Below, one piece after another: positions 48,484 to 58,576 of a stretch of DNA of 64,000 nt. Source of the stretch: an uncultured archaeon. GTDB taxonomy: Archaea > Altiarchaeota > Altiarchaeia > IMC4 > QMZM01. The notes beneath the pieces are model-generated. The model saw only the letters and a list, made by a program, of their open reading frames with translations. It was not told the DNA's origin and searched no databases. Made by a program: the position numbers and the translations under genes. Location: the NCBI GenBank assembly GCA_964549685.1, contig CAZJVE010000002.1, positions 1-64,000 on the forward strand, written 5' to 3'. How positions within the stretch are numbered: the stretch's first letter is position 1; each line of letters opens with the position of its first letter.

Positions 48484-50892
48484 ATGAATAGGACAATAAT
48501 CTACATGATGCTGGCAGCCATGGTATTCTTTTCCGGCTGCGTTGTAGAAGTGGAGCAGAACGGCTACATCAATGGAACCATCGAGATAACCGGCTATGCA
48601 CTTGGCTCGAACCTGTCCAGCTACACGGTCGAGATTGGAGAGAGCTTTAATGCCACCCAGTGGTCCACGACCGGGGTGGAATTAATCAGCAGCGGCACCT
48701 CAGAGATAGCCAATGGTACTCTGGCAAGATGGGACACCACTGCCGTGAGGGACGGGCAGTACACCATAAGGCTGACGGTCACGGACACGAACAACGTCAG
48801 CAGCCAGGACCTGGTCTATGTTAATGTTGACAACGTCTTCATAGACTCGCCGGAGAACGGCTCCCCCGTCAGCAACGCAGACCTCATTGATATTAAGGGC
48901 AAGGCCGTCGGCCTGACTTTTACCAGCTACTCAATCGACTATAGCCCCGACAACGAAAATTGGTCCGCTGCCGGAATATCCCTCGCAAATAACGGGACAG
49001 AAAAGGTGGATAACGACACCCTTGCCACGTGGAATACATCTTACGCAGAAAATTCCGGCAGGCATACCCTGCGGCTCAATGTATACGGCCCCGGAGGTTT
49101 GATAAACTCCGACAACAGTACCGTAATACTGGCAAACTATCAGGCGGGCTGGCCGCAGGCAACGGGCGGGAACATATACTCCTCCCCTGCAGTCGGGGAC
49201 CTGGACAACGACGGCGACCTGGAGATTGTTGTTGGCTCCCTTGATGGCTATGTCTATGCCTGGCACCACAACGGCACCATGGTGGCTGGATGGTATCAGA
49301 TAACTCAGAACTATGTCCGGTCCTCCCCGACACTCTCGGACCTGGACAACGACGGCGATTTAGAGGTCGTTGTTGGTTCTTATGACGACGAGGTCTATGC
49401 ATGGCACCACGACGCCAACCCGGTCCAGGGCTGGTCAAACGATATTAGTGATTACTCGGATATGAAAACCTCCCCTGCAATATCTGACCTTGACGGCGAC
49501 GGAGCCAAGGAGATTGTCGTAGGGGCAGGCACCACCGTATACGCCTGGCACTCCAACGGCTCGGTAGTCGAAAGCGAAGTAGTGGGGGACACGCATGAAT
49601 ATTCCCTCGAATCCCAGCACCCCTACGATAATTATCTGGACAAGACATGGACCATAACCATGCCCGGCTTCACCTCAATAGCTGTTCACTTCACTAAGAT
49701 AGACGTCGAGCAGGGCTTCGATTATCTATATGTCAAGGACGCGTCAGGAAAAACAGTCAATACATACACAGGATTATATGAGGACGTCTGGAGCACCTCG
49801 GTTGATGGAGATACGATAAACATAACTCTGTATTCGGACTACATGATAACCGACTGGGGCTTTGAGATTGACAGAGTTCTGAACGGCTCGGTGGGCGGTT
49901 GGCCCCGGGAGGTGGGGTACGATATCTTTTCTTCCCCGGCGCTGGGCGACCTGGATGGCGACGGAACCCTTGAAGTAGTGGTTGGCTCATATGAAGGGAG
50001 GCTCCATGCGTGGCACCACGACGGAACCCTGGTTGATGGATGGCCCTTGGAGCTCGGGGACCAGTATTCATATATAGAAGGTTCCCCTGCACTCGCAGAC
50101 ATTGACATGGACGGTGACCTCGAGATAATAGTGGGCCTGAATTCCTATACCAATGAAATTCACGCTCTCCATCATTCCGGCCTGGCCGTTGACGGATGGC
50201 CGCAGAATATTTCATACTACTTCGGCTCCTCCCCTGCGGTCGGGGACCTGAATGGAGACGGAACCCCTGAAATAGCCATCGGCTCAGGTACAGGGGTGGC
50301 AATATTCCGGAACAACGGCTCCCTGCTGGCCGGCTGGCCCCAGGACACCGGGGATTACATCTACTCCTCCCCGGCAATAGCAGACCTGGACTGCGACGGC
50401 GACCTTGAGATACTCATTGGCTCCATTGACGGCAGTCTCCATGCCTGGCACCACAACGGCTCCCTGGTGGATGGATGGCCGAAGGAGACAGGGGATTACA
50501 TCTACTCCTCTCCAGCAGTGGCAGACCTCGACGGAGATGGCGACCTCGAGGTCATAGTCGGCTCCTATGACGACAAGATTCATATCTGGGACGAATCAGG
50601 GAGCTGCTCTCCTTATCAGATAGAATGGGACAAGTTCAGTTACAACGAGATGAATACCGGCTGGTATGAGGGAGATGTTACCAATACGACAGCGACGACT
50701 TCCACAACAAGCACAACCACCACCTCTACCAGCACAACCCTACCCAGCTGCGAGACAACCGGTGACATATATCCCTGCGACGGGGAGGTGACTCTCGCAG
50801 AGGTTCTGGATACGATAAATAGCTGGTATAATGGCCTGACAGACATTGGCGATGTAATAATGGCGATTAATAATTGGGCGAATTCAGGGTAA
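48484..50892 (+). CDS. Lipoprotein with Ig-like domains, FG-GAP/VCBS repeats, inserted CUB-like domain and C-terminal dockerin-like module
   Basis: Start MNRTIIY at 48484 with FFSG/C lipobox; repeated SSPAxGDLDxDGDLEIVVGS...AWHHNG...GWP; ESQHPY...YDYLY-type CUB segment. Confidence 0.85.
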   Translation: MNRTIIYMMLAAMVFFSGCVVEVEQNGYINGTIEITGYALGSNLSSYTVEIGESFNATQWSTTGVELISSGTSEIANGTLARWDTTAVRDGQYTIRLTVTDTNNVSSQDLVYVNVDNVFIDSPENGSPVSNADLIDIKGKAVGLTFTSYSIDYSPDNENWSAAGISLANNGTEKVDNDTLATWNTSYAENSGRHTLRLNVYGPGGLINSDNSTVILANYQAGWPQATGGNIYSSPAVGDLDNDGDLEIVVGSLDGYVYAWHHNGTMVAGWYQITQNYVRSSPTLSDLDNDGDLEVVVGSYDDEVYAWHHDANPVQGWSNDISDYSDMKTSPAISDLDGDGAKEIVVGAGTTVYAWHSNGSVVESEVVGDTHEYSLESQHPYDNYLDKTWTITMPGFTSIAVHFTKIDVEQGFDYLYVKDASGKTVNTYTGLYEDVWSTSVDGDTINITLYSDYMITDWGFEIDRVLNGSVGGWPREVGYDIFSSPALGDLDGDGTLEVVVGSYEGRLHAWHHDGTLVDGWPLELGDQYSYIEGSPALADIDMDGDLEIIVGLNSYTNEIHALHHSGLAVDGWPQNISYYFGSSPAVGDLNGDGTPEIAIGSGTGVAIFRNNGSLLAGWPQDTGDYIYSSPAIADLDCDGDLEILIGSIDGSLHAWHHNGSLVDGWPKETGDYIYSSPAVADLDGDGDLEVIVGSYDDKIHIWDESGSCSPYQIEWDKFSYNEMNTGWYEGDVTNTTATTSTTSTTTTSTSTTLPSCETTGDIYPCDGEVTLAEVLDTINSWYNGLTDIGDVIMAINNWANSG

Positions 50893-52230
50893 ATTGTCCT
50901 TAACGCACTCGAACTCCCTCAGCTCATCCAGAATCAGCTCCCTTATCTCGTCCAGCTTCTCCTCGGTCTTTGCCTCGAATCTGAGAATCAGCGCCGGCTC
51001 CGTATTGGAAGCCCGGACCAGGCCCCAGCCGTGCCTGGTCTGCACCCTGGCTCCATCGACCGTAACGACGTCGTACTTGTCCTGAAACTTCTTCTTGACG
51101 TCCTCGACGATTTCGAACTTCTTCTCCTCAGGGCATGGCACCCTTATCTCCGGGGTCGAATGGTATTCGGGCATATTCGCAATGGTCTCAGAGAGTTTTT
51201 CCTTGCTCTTCGACAGCAGCTCCGCCATTCTGGCAGAGGCAAAGATTCCATCATCGTAGCCGTAGTAGTTATCGGCAAAGAAGAAATGCCCTGACATCTC
51301 TCCCGCCAGGAGGGCGCCCTCCTCACGCATCTTCTTCTTTATGAATGAGTGCCCGGTCCTGTACATTATGGGTGTTCCGCCCTTCTCCCGAATATCCTCA
51401 GCCAATGCCATGGAGCACTTGACCTCGAAGATGATTTTGGCATGGTTCTCTTTCAGGACGTCCCTTGCAAACAGCATCAGAATCTGGTCGCCTCTCACTA
51501 TGTTGCCCTTGTCATCAACTATTCCAAGCCGGTCCGCATCTCCGTCATAGGCAATCCCGAAGTCGGCCCGTTCTATCTTGACTCTCCTTATCAGCTCCTT
51601 GAGAAATTCATCCACTGTTGGATCTGGGTGGTGGCTGGGAAAATTCCCGTCCGGCCTCCAGTTCAGCTTCGTGACCCTGCAGCCCAGCTCCTCGAAGAGC
51701 TTCCCGGAAATCTCTCCTGCCGTGCCATTGCCGGAGTCTATGACTACTGCAATCTTCTTCTTGAGATGAATCCTGTCCTTGACGAATTTTATGTAGTCAT
51801 CGATTACATTCTCCTCGGTGACCTTCCCCTCCCCGGTTACAAAAGCCCCGGCCTCGACCATGTTCTTCAGCTTCTGAATATCCTCGCCATAGAGGGTCTT
51901 CTCCCCCTTACATAGCTTGAAGCCGTTGTATTCCGGCGCATTGTGAGAGCCGGTAATCATAATGCCGCCGTCCTTTCCGTAGTGGCTGATGGCGAAATAG
52001 AGAACAGGGGTCGGGACCATTCCTATGTCCGTTACATTGCAGCCGGAATCTATCAGCCCCTTAATCAGGGAATCCCTCAGTGCGGGAGAACTTAGCCTGC
52101 AGTCTCTTCCAACGACGATATCGCCCCCCTCGACATAGGTTCCAAAGGCCTTTCCGATATTCTTTGCAATATCCTCGGTCAAATCCTTGCCGGCTATTCC
52201 CCTGATGTCATAGGCTCGAAAGATGCTCAT
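50884..52230 (-). CDS. Phosphomannomutase/phosphoglucomutase
   Basis: IFRAYDIRG, ITGSHN, DGDADR, GEMSGH, RASNTEP. Confidence 0.95.
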   Translation of the reverse strand: MSIFRAYDIRGIAGKDLTEDIAKNIGKAFGTYVEGGDIVVGRDCRLSSPALRDSLIKGLIDSGCNVTDIGMVPTPVLYFAISHYGKDGGIMITGSHNAPEYNGFKLCKGEKTLYGEDIQKLKNMVEAGAFVTGEGKVTEENVIDDYIKFVKDRIHLKKKIAVVIDSGNGTAGEISGKLFEELGCRVTKLNWRPDGNFPSHHPDPTVDEFLKELIRRVKIERADFGIAYDGDADRLGIVDDKGNIVRGDQILMLFARDVLKENHAKIIFEVKCSMALAEDIREKGGTPIMYRTGHSFIKKKMREEGALLAGEMSGHFFFADNYYGYDDGIFASARMAELLSKSKEKLSETIANMPEYHSTPEIRVPCPEEKKFEIVEDVKKKFQDKYDVVTVDGARVQTRHGWGLVRASNTEPALILRFEAKTEEKLDEIRELILDELREFECVKDNLP

Positions 52231-53060
52231 TCTATATCCTTCCACCCCTTTATCGCCTTTTCATAGGCCTCGTGCGTTCCCGTATCGAACCACTGCCCCT
52301 TGAACCTGTAGCCGCAGAGCTGACCCTCCCTCGCAAGCCTTGGAAAAACACCCTTCTCCATCATCGAGCGCCCCTCGGGGACGTAGTCGATGACCTTGGG
52401 CTCCAGGAGATAGACCCCTGCGTTTATGAACTTCGAGGGCTCCTTACCTTTTTCCGGCTTTTCTATGAACTCAAGAATCTTATCGCCCTCAAGCTTCGCG
52501 ACCCCGAACCTGGATGGCTCATCCACCGCCGTCAGAGCAATCGTGGCAAGGCACTTGTTCTTCCTGTGAAAGTGAATCATCTCATGGAGGTCTATGTTTG
52601 CAAGCACATCACCATTAAACATGAAGAAGGACCTGTCCGGCCTCTCCTCCAGGAGGTTGAGCGAACCGGCTGTTCCAAGCTCTTCCTCCTCGACAATGTA
52701 TCTTATATTCACACCGAGATTTGTGCCGTTGCCTAGTCCAGACTGTATCCTGTCGCCCATGTAGCCGATGGACATGACAATGTTCGTTATGTGGTGCTTC
52801 CTCAGCAGTTCGATTGTGTGCTGAACGAGGGGCTTTTCATGCACCGGAATCAGTGGCTTGGGAATCTCATAGGTGAAGGGCCGCATCCTTGTCCCTTTGC
52901 CTCCGGCAAGAATCAGTGCCATGTCCACTCTGCTGGAAGCCAGCGCCTTGGAAAGCAGGAAATTCACGGCATCGGAGCGATTCTTTATCCTGTCATCATC
53001 GATGAATTCGTCAACGTCCTCCAGAATCTCTTCATCTATGCTTATAGACTTCTCACCCAT
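52227..53060 (-). CDS. NDP-sugar pyrophosphorylase with N-terminal ribbon-helix-helix domain
   Basis: SISIDEEIL...KNRSDAVNFLL (CopG/NikR-like), then LAGGKGTRMRP..PKPL, LGTAG, NGD, EKP, WFDTG. Confidence 0.88.
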   Translation of the reverse strand: MGEKSISIDEEILEDVDEFIDDDRIKNRSDAVNFLLSKALASSRVDMALILAGGKGTRMRPFTYEIPKPLIPVHEKPLVQHTIELLRKHHITNIVMSIGYMGDRIQSGLGNGTNLGVNIRYIVEEEELGTAGSLNLLEERPDRSFFMFNGDVLANIDLHEMIHFHRKNKCLATIALTAVDEPSRFGVAKLEGDKILEFIEKPEKGKEPSKFINAGVYLLEPKVIDYVPEGRSMMEKGVFPRLAREGQLCGYRFKGQWFDTGTHEAYEKAIKGWKDIE

Positions 53061-53110
53061 TTTGAATATATTGGTTGGAATATTTATATCTACTTTTATA
53101 ATTAAGTTAC

Positions 53111-55507
53111 ATGGTCAAGATTCGATTTTTTGTCTTGCTTTTGGTGCTGATTCTTGCCCCGCTGGCAAGTTCATCGGAGCCTTCGATGGGTCTCAAGTGG
53201 GAGGAGGAGCTGAAGAACCCGGTAACTGCAGTCGAGATTGCCGACGTTAATGGAGACGGTAAAAAGGAGATTGTTGCTGCCGTGTCTGAAACTCGATTTA
53301 TCGGCGGAACGCTGGCTGGCTCCGGTAAGATATACCTTCTGGACCAGGATGGCGATATAATAAACGAGAGCTCTACACTCATCGGGCCGCCTTCCGACAT
53401 ACTTGTTGTTGATGACCTTGATGGAGATGGTAAATCAGAGATTGTATTGGGTATATATTCCCATTCCCACGTCCTGGACTTCAGCTGCAAACCACTGTTC
53501 AAGCCATACGTCGGCAATGGCCGCATAATCGAAAGCATCAAGACTGCCGACCTCGACAACGACGGACCGAAGGAGATAGTGATAACTGCCGTTTCAGATA
53601 ACCAGAACCAGAACGGTGTTTATGTCTTCGACAATACCGGAAAAAGAAAGTGGACCAGGGGTACAAAGGGAAGGTCTTATTCCTTTGCCATAGAGGACAT
53701 CAACAATGACGGCATGTCCGAGGTCGTTGTCGGCACGACGTGGGGGAACGGCCCCATAGCATCATCTACCGGATACGTCAGCGTCTTCAATTCATCGGGC
53801 GGTGAAGTATTCAACCACCGGATAGAGAGGGGCGGCATAGTGTCGGTGGCAGTAGCCGACCTCGACAACGACGGCACGGGCGAGATTCTGGCCGGCTCTT
53901 GGCCGGATTTACGCGTTTTCGACCATGAAGGCAATTCCGAATGGAACTATACTACCGGAGGCAGAATCAACGCGCTTATGGCGGATGATATCAACGGCGG
54001 CGGAAACAAGGAGATAGTAATCGCATCAAACGACGTCTATGTTCTGGACGACGAAGGAAATGAGATATGCAAAAATTCCGCGGGCAGCGAGGTCTACGCG
54101 CTGGAAATAAAGGACCTCGATGGAGACGGCAGGGCGGAGATACTGGCCGGCTCCGACAGGTTTTATGTCCTTGACAGCGAATGCAACGAGGTCTGGAACT
54201 ACAGGACTGACCTGTCCGTAAAGGGCATCTCGGTCGACGACTTGGACAACGACGGCTATTACGAGGTTGCAGTCGGTTCACTGGACAGGACGCTTTACGT
54301 CTTCGGCTCAAAGGAGCACGTGATGGGCAGTTCAGCTGATGATTCCTACTCCGAGGCCCAGAAGCTCTACCTGGCAGGAAACAATGAGCTGGCCCTGAAC
54401 TATTCAAGGAACGCAAAGGAACTATACCAGGAACTCAACGACAGCAAGGGCGTTTCCAGGGCGGAGCGGCTGACAGACCAGATAGAGGGTGCGATAGCGG
54501 ACCAGGGCAACGAGCTGGAGACCGCGAACCGCTATTACAGCCTGGCCGAGAACCTTTCAAATCAGCAGGATTATCTGAATGCGAGCAGATACTTGAAGAC
54601 AGCCATAGCCAAGTACTCTGCCCTCAGTGAAGTAGAGCTGCTTTCGAAGGCGGATTCATTGCTCGAGAAGACCGACAGCATGGTCGCATTAATGGCTGAT
54701 TCAATCTACAATGAAGGGAGCCAGAAGCATTCGGAGAAGAAATACACGGAGGCCATCCCCCTGCTGGAAAATGCACGGGAACACTACTTCTGGGTCAAAG
54801 ACCAGGAGGGCAGCAGGAACAGCGCCCGGCTCATAGCCGACTCCTACCATGAGCTTGCGAAACAGCAGCTGAACACCGGCAACCTTAACGAGGCCAGCAC
54901 ATATTCCCAGAAGGCCAGGTCGCTCTACATCTGCCTGGACAACGAGGGGGCCACCTACTGCGATGCAAGGAACATCCAGATAAAGGGGGCCGATGAACTG
55001 CTGGCCGAGAACCGGAGCTATGACGACAGCGCATACAGGGAAGAGCTCGAGGGCATAGATTCCATTATTGGAAACGTCGCCTCCGGCAGAGGGGGCGCCG
55101 GGCCAATCCCTCCTGAATACATGGACTACCTCCTGGCAATACTCGGGGCTTCAATAGTAATCACGATAATAGCAATAGTCTTCGTCTCAAGGAAGAGGGG
55201 CAGAAAGCGAAGGCGGCCCAGGAAGAAGAAAAAGGAGAAGAAGGCAGAGCCCAAGAAAGAGAAGGGGGACGAGCCTGAGGAAGAGGATGAGGACGAACCT
55301 GAAGAAGAGGAAAAGGCCGACAAAAAGAAAGATGCCAAAAAGGAAAAGGAAATAAAGGAGACGGAGAAGAAGGTAGAGCACCTCATCGGGGTGGGCAGGC
55401 CCGAGCCCGTGGAGAAGCCAAAACGGAGACAGGAGATTAAGAAGATAGAGAAGAGCACACGAAGGGGCGATGGCGCGTCCCTGAACCTATTGAGCGAAAA
55501 TGAATAA
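53111..55507 (+). CDS. Single-pass membrane protein: FG-GAP beta-propeller, TPR-like helices, TM helix, charged cytoplasmic tail
   Basis: Signal peptide; DLDxDGxxEI repeats; helical repeats; TM LLAILGASIVITIIAIVFV followed by a basic run. Confidence 0.8.
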   Translation: MVKIRFFVLLLVLILAPLASSSEPSMGLKWEEELKNPVTAVEIADVNGDGKKEIVAAVSETRFIGGTLAGSGKIYLLDQDGDIINESSTLIGPPSDILVVDDLDGDGKSEIVLGIYSHSHVLDFSCKPLFKPYVGNGRIIESIKTADLDNDGPKEIVITAVSDNQNQNGVYVFDNTGKRKWTRGTKGRSYSFAIEDINNDGMSEVVVGTTWGNGPIASSTGYVSVFNSSGGEVFNHRIERGGIVSVAVADLDNDGTGEILAGSWPDLRVFDHEGNSEWNYTTGGRINALMADDINGGGNKEIVIASNDVYVLDDEGNEICKNSAGSEVYALEIKDLDGDGRAEILAGSDRFYVLDSECNEVWNYRTDLSVKGISVDDLDNDGYYEVAVGSLDRTLYVFGSKEHVMGSSADDSYSEAQKLYLAGNNELALNYSRNAKELYQELNDSKGVSRAERLTDQIEGAIADQGNELETANRYYSLAENLSNQQDYLNASRYLKTAIAKYSALSEVELLSKADSLLEKTDSMVALMADSIYNEGSQKHSEKKYTEAIPLLENAREHYFWVKDQEGSRNSARLIADSYHELAKQQLNTGNLNEASTYSQKARSLYICLDNEGATYCDARNIQIKGADELLAENRSYDDSAYREELEGIDSIIGNVASGRGGAGPIPPEYMDYLLAILGASIVITIIAIVFVSRKRGRKRRRPRKKKKEKKAEPKKEKGDEPEEEDEDEPEEEEKADKKKDAKKEKEIKETEKKVEHLIGVGRPEPVEKPKRRQEIKKIEKSTRRGDGASLNLLSENE

Positions 55508-56411
55508 GACACTACTACTCGTGCTGATTATCGCACTGGCCGGGATTTCATCAGCAAGGTACATATCCATATCCACCACCTCGACAGCCGAAAGAATCAC
55601 CGAGGGAGACAGTACAGTTATCGGCGCCAGGCTCGTCAACTCTGGAGACGAGGCAGCGCACGACGTAAGGGTATCCCTCATGCTGCCGGAGGGCTTCAGC
55701 GCGAACGAACTGAAGCCCGGACAGATGGAGCCAGATGAGCCCTATGAAGGGGATTTTACCGTCAGCATAGATAGTGACGTTACCCCCGGGACCTACCTCG
55801 TCGCAATCCTTACCGACTACCGGGACGCGAACGCATACCCCTTCTCCTCGATAACCCAGAGTTTCATCAACCTCGGCGAGGAGACATTTTCCGACATATC
55901 CGGGACCCTGTCGAAAATCAGCATTAGCCCGGAAGGCTCCGCATCAACAACGCTCACGATAAGGAACAGAGGAGATGAAAAGCGCAGGCTGAGGGTCAGG
56001 CTGTTCCTCCCGAGGGAGCTTGAGGCAGACGTTGAAAGCTATGAGCTGGAACTGGGGCCGAGGGCTCAGGAAGAGCACCGATTCAAAATATCCTCCTTCG
56101 GAGCCCTTGCCGGAAGCACCTATATAATCTCTGCATCAATAGAATATGAGGAAGACAACCTCCACTACACCTCAACTGCGTCAGGGGTGGTGGAGATAGT
56201 AACCGAGGAGGAGGTACCTGTGGGAGAGGAGAGCGGGCCAGGCATCTTCGACAGGCTGGACATGACGCTCTTGCTCCTGATAGGCAGCTTTATCCTGCTG
56301 CTCGTAATATTCGCAGCATTGTCGATGAAAAGCAAAAATGAAAAACAAGGAAAAGATATCGGTGATAATCCCGACGCTGAACGAGGAGAAGAACCTCCCG
56401 AAGGTCCTTGA
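55500..56411 (+). CDS. Membrane-anchored Ig-like surface protein (COG1361-like)
   Basis: Signal peptide; NSGDEAAHDV, PGTY; C-terminal TM helix. Confidence 0.7.
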   Translation: MNKTLLLVLIIALAGISSARYISISTTSTAERITEGDSTVIGARLVNSGDEAAHDVRVSLMLPEGFSANELKPGQMEPDEPYEGDFTVSIDSDVTPGTYLVAILTDYRDANAYPFSSITQSFINLGEETFSDISGTLSKISISPEGSASTTLTIRNRGDEKRRLRVRLFLPRELEADVESYELELGPRAQEEHRFKISSFGALAGSTYIISASIEYEEDNLHYTSTASGVVEIVTEEEVPVGEESGPGIFDRLDMTLLLLIGSFILLLVIFAALSMKSKNEKQGKDIGDNPDAERGEEPPEGP

Positions 56412-57009
56412 GAAGCTCCCCGGCTACGTCGATGAGGTAGTCATAGTCGACGGGCATTCCAAGGACAAGACAGTAGCGGTTGCCAAGAAATTCGGAGCCA
56501 GGGTGGTCTACGACGATGTCGGCAAAGGCTCCGCGCTCCGCGTAGGGATGAAGGAGGTAACGGGCGACATAATCATAATGATGGACGCCGACTGTTCACA
56601 TATCCCAAGCGAGATAGGCCTTCTCGTTGCCGGGATACAGTCCGGCTTTGACATCTGCATGGGCTCCAGGTTCCTACAGGGCGGGGGAACGGAGGACATG
56701 ACCCTGCTCCGGAAATTCGGCAACAAGTTCTTCGTCTTCCTGGTGAACCGGCTCTGGGGCATGAACTACTCTGATTTATGCTACGGCTATCGCTCCCTGA
56801 GGAAGGACAGCATCGATAAACTGGAACTGGAATCCGACGGTTTCGGTGTTGAAACGGAACTATCCATAAAAGCGGCAAAGAAGAAACTTAGAGTCCTTGA
56901 AGTCCCGAGCTACGAAAAGGCAAGGGCATCCGGCGAAGGGAAACTCAGAACCTTCCACGACGGCCGGCTTATCCTGGGAAGAATCCTGACCGAGCTGTTA
57001 AGGAGATAG
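56338..57009 (+). CDS. GT2 glycosyltransferase (DPM1-like)
   Basis: VIIPTLNEE, VDGHSKD, GKGSA, MDADCSH, GSRF. Confidence 0.92.
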   Translation: MKNKEKISVIIPTLNEEKNLPKVLEKLPGYVDEVVIVDGHSKDKTVAVAKKFGARVVYDDVGKGSALRVGMKEVTGDIIIMMDADCSHIPSEIGLLVAGIQSGFDICMGSRFLQGGGTEDMTLLRKFGNKFFVFLVNRLWGMNYSDLCYGYRSLRKDSIDKLELESDGFGVETELSIKAAKKKLRVLEVPSYEKARASGEGKLRTFHDGRLILGRILTELLRR

Positions 57010-57010
57010 T

Positions 57011-57880
57011 CTATCTGCCCCTCACGACCAGGTCCGCGAGCAGGCCAAACAGCACAACCTGCACTGACGCCACCATCAGTATGACGGTAGTCACGTCCAT
57101 GAACCTGTCCATGAAGATGCTGGAGTACAGGAACACGGATATCCCCGCAAGGAACAGCGCCAATCCAATGGGTAAAAAAATCTTCAGCGGGTTGAAGTAC
57201 ATGATGGTCCTGATAATCAGAACAATGAACCTGGACCCGTCCCGGAACGGCCTTATCTTGCTCTTCCCCTTCCTCTTGTGATAGTCTATCGGGACATACT
57301 TCACTGTATAATTGTTGCTTATATATGCAAGGGTTATCGTGGTCGTGAACGAGAACCCGGAGGAAATCAGGTTGAACAGCCCCATGACCTCTTTCTTTCT
57401 GAAAACCCTCAGCCCGGAATTCAAATCCGGAATTTTCACCCCTGACAGATAGTTCGCCAGCCCGGACAGGAACCACTTTGCGGGCTTTCTGTACGCCTGT
57501 ATCTTTACGTCCTTCCCAGTCCTTGCGCCCACCACCATGTCATACTCATCGATGTGCTTCAGGAGCTTGGGAATGTCCCCAGCGGGATACGTGCCATCGG
57601 CATCGGCAATCAGAACCCACTCGCCACTGGCATGCTTTATCCCATTCTTCAAAGAGGCCCCGTATCCCTGGTTGAAGGAATGGACGACCACCTCTATGCC
57701 GTCTATCCCCCTTAAGACCTCCAGGCTTTTGTCATCGCTTCCGTCGTCTATGGCTATTATCTCATAGCCATGCCCGGACTTGTCCATGACCCCTTTAATA
57801 TCCTTGATAGTCGAGCGCACCAGGTCCTCTTCATTAAAGACCGGAATCAGTATGGATATATCCACGCTATTCTTTTTCAT
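57011..57880 (-). CDS. GT2 glycosyltransferase with two C-terminal TM helices
   Basis: IPVFNEE, DDGSDD, NQGYGA, DADGTY, PDLNSG. Confidence 0.92.
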   Translation of the reverse strand: MKKNSVDISILIPVFNEEDLVRSTIKDIKGVMDKSGHGYEIIAIDDGSDDKSLEVLRGIDGIEVVVHSFNQGYGASLKNGIKHASGEWVLIADADGTYPAGDIPKLLKHIDEYDMVVGARTGKDVKIQAYRKPAKWFLSGLANYLSGVKIPDLNSGLRVFRKKEVMGLFNLISSGFSFTTTITLAYISNNYTVKYVPIDYHKRKGKSKIRPFRDGSRFIVLIIRTIMYFNPLKIFLPIGLALFLAGISVFLYSSIFMDRFMDVTTVILMVASVQVVLFGLLADLVVRGR

Positions 57881-57883
57881 TGC

Positions 57884-58576
57884 CTATAGCCTCCTTAGAC
57901 TCGCCACAATCCTGTGTTTCAGGACCGGCGGAACGCGTTTTACCTCAATGACATCAAAGTACCCCTTACTAATCCGTTCCAGGAAAGGAACGCTCCCCTC
58001 GTGGAGGTGCCACTCGTAGTCTTCCTGTTTCCTGGCGGCATGGAGGATTCTTGAAAGCCCGATCTTTTTGATTATGGACATTATCTTCTTAATCCTCAGT
58101 TCGTCGGGTATGCTCACCACAAGTAAGCCCTTGGGATTCAGCAACGAATAGACGTTTTTCATGACCTTTTCAGGCTTGGGCACGTGCTCCAGCATCTCCG
58201 AGCACAGAATCTTGTCGAACTTTTCGTCCATCTTCAGGTTCTGGGCGTCACCGAACTGCACCCTGGCATCAATACCGCGTTCATCAATAAGCTCCTTCGC
58301 CCTCTTTAAAGCTACTCTGGATATGTCGACGCCGACTATCTTTTTGGCCTTGGGAAGCATGGTAAGGCAATAGCCCTCGCCGCAGCCGAGGTCAAGGACC
58401 GAATCATCCTCTGAAATTTTCGCCATGTTCACGATAGTTTTCAATCGCAACAGCTCAACCAATCTCAGCAGAAAATTCTTGCTCTCAAACAACGTCCCTT
58501 CTCCATGATATTTCCTGACCATGTCATCGTTCCATTGAGACAGTTCATCCGTGGATGATTCCTTGGAAATTACCAT
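57884..58576 (-). CDS. Class I SAM-dependent methyltransferase
   Basis: VLDLGCGEG, GVDIS, CSEMLEHV. Confidence 0.9.
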   Translation of the reverse strand: MVISKESSTDELSQWNDDMVRKYHGEGTLFESKNFLLRLVELLRLKTIVNMAKISEDDSVLDLGCGEGYCLTMLPKAKKIVGVDISRVALKRAKELIDERGIDARVQFGDAQNLKMDEKFDKILCSEMLEHVPKPEKVMKNVYSLLNPKGLLVVSIPDELRIKKIMSIIKKIGLSRILHAARKQEDYEWHLHEGSVPFLERISKGYFDVIEVKRVPPVLKHRIVASLRRL

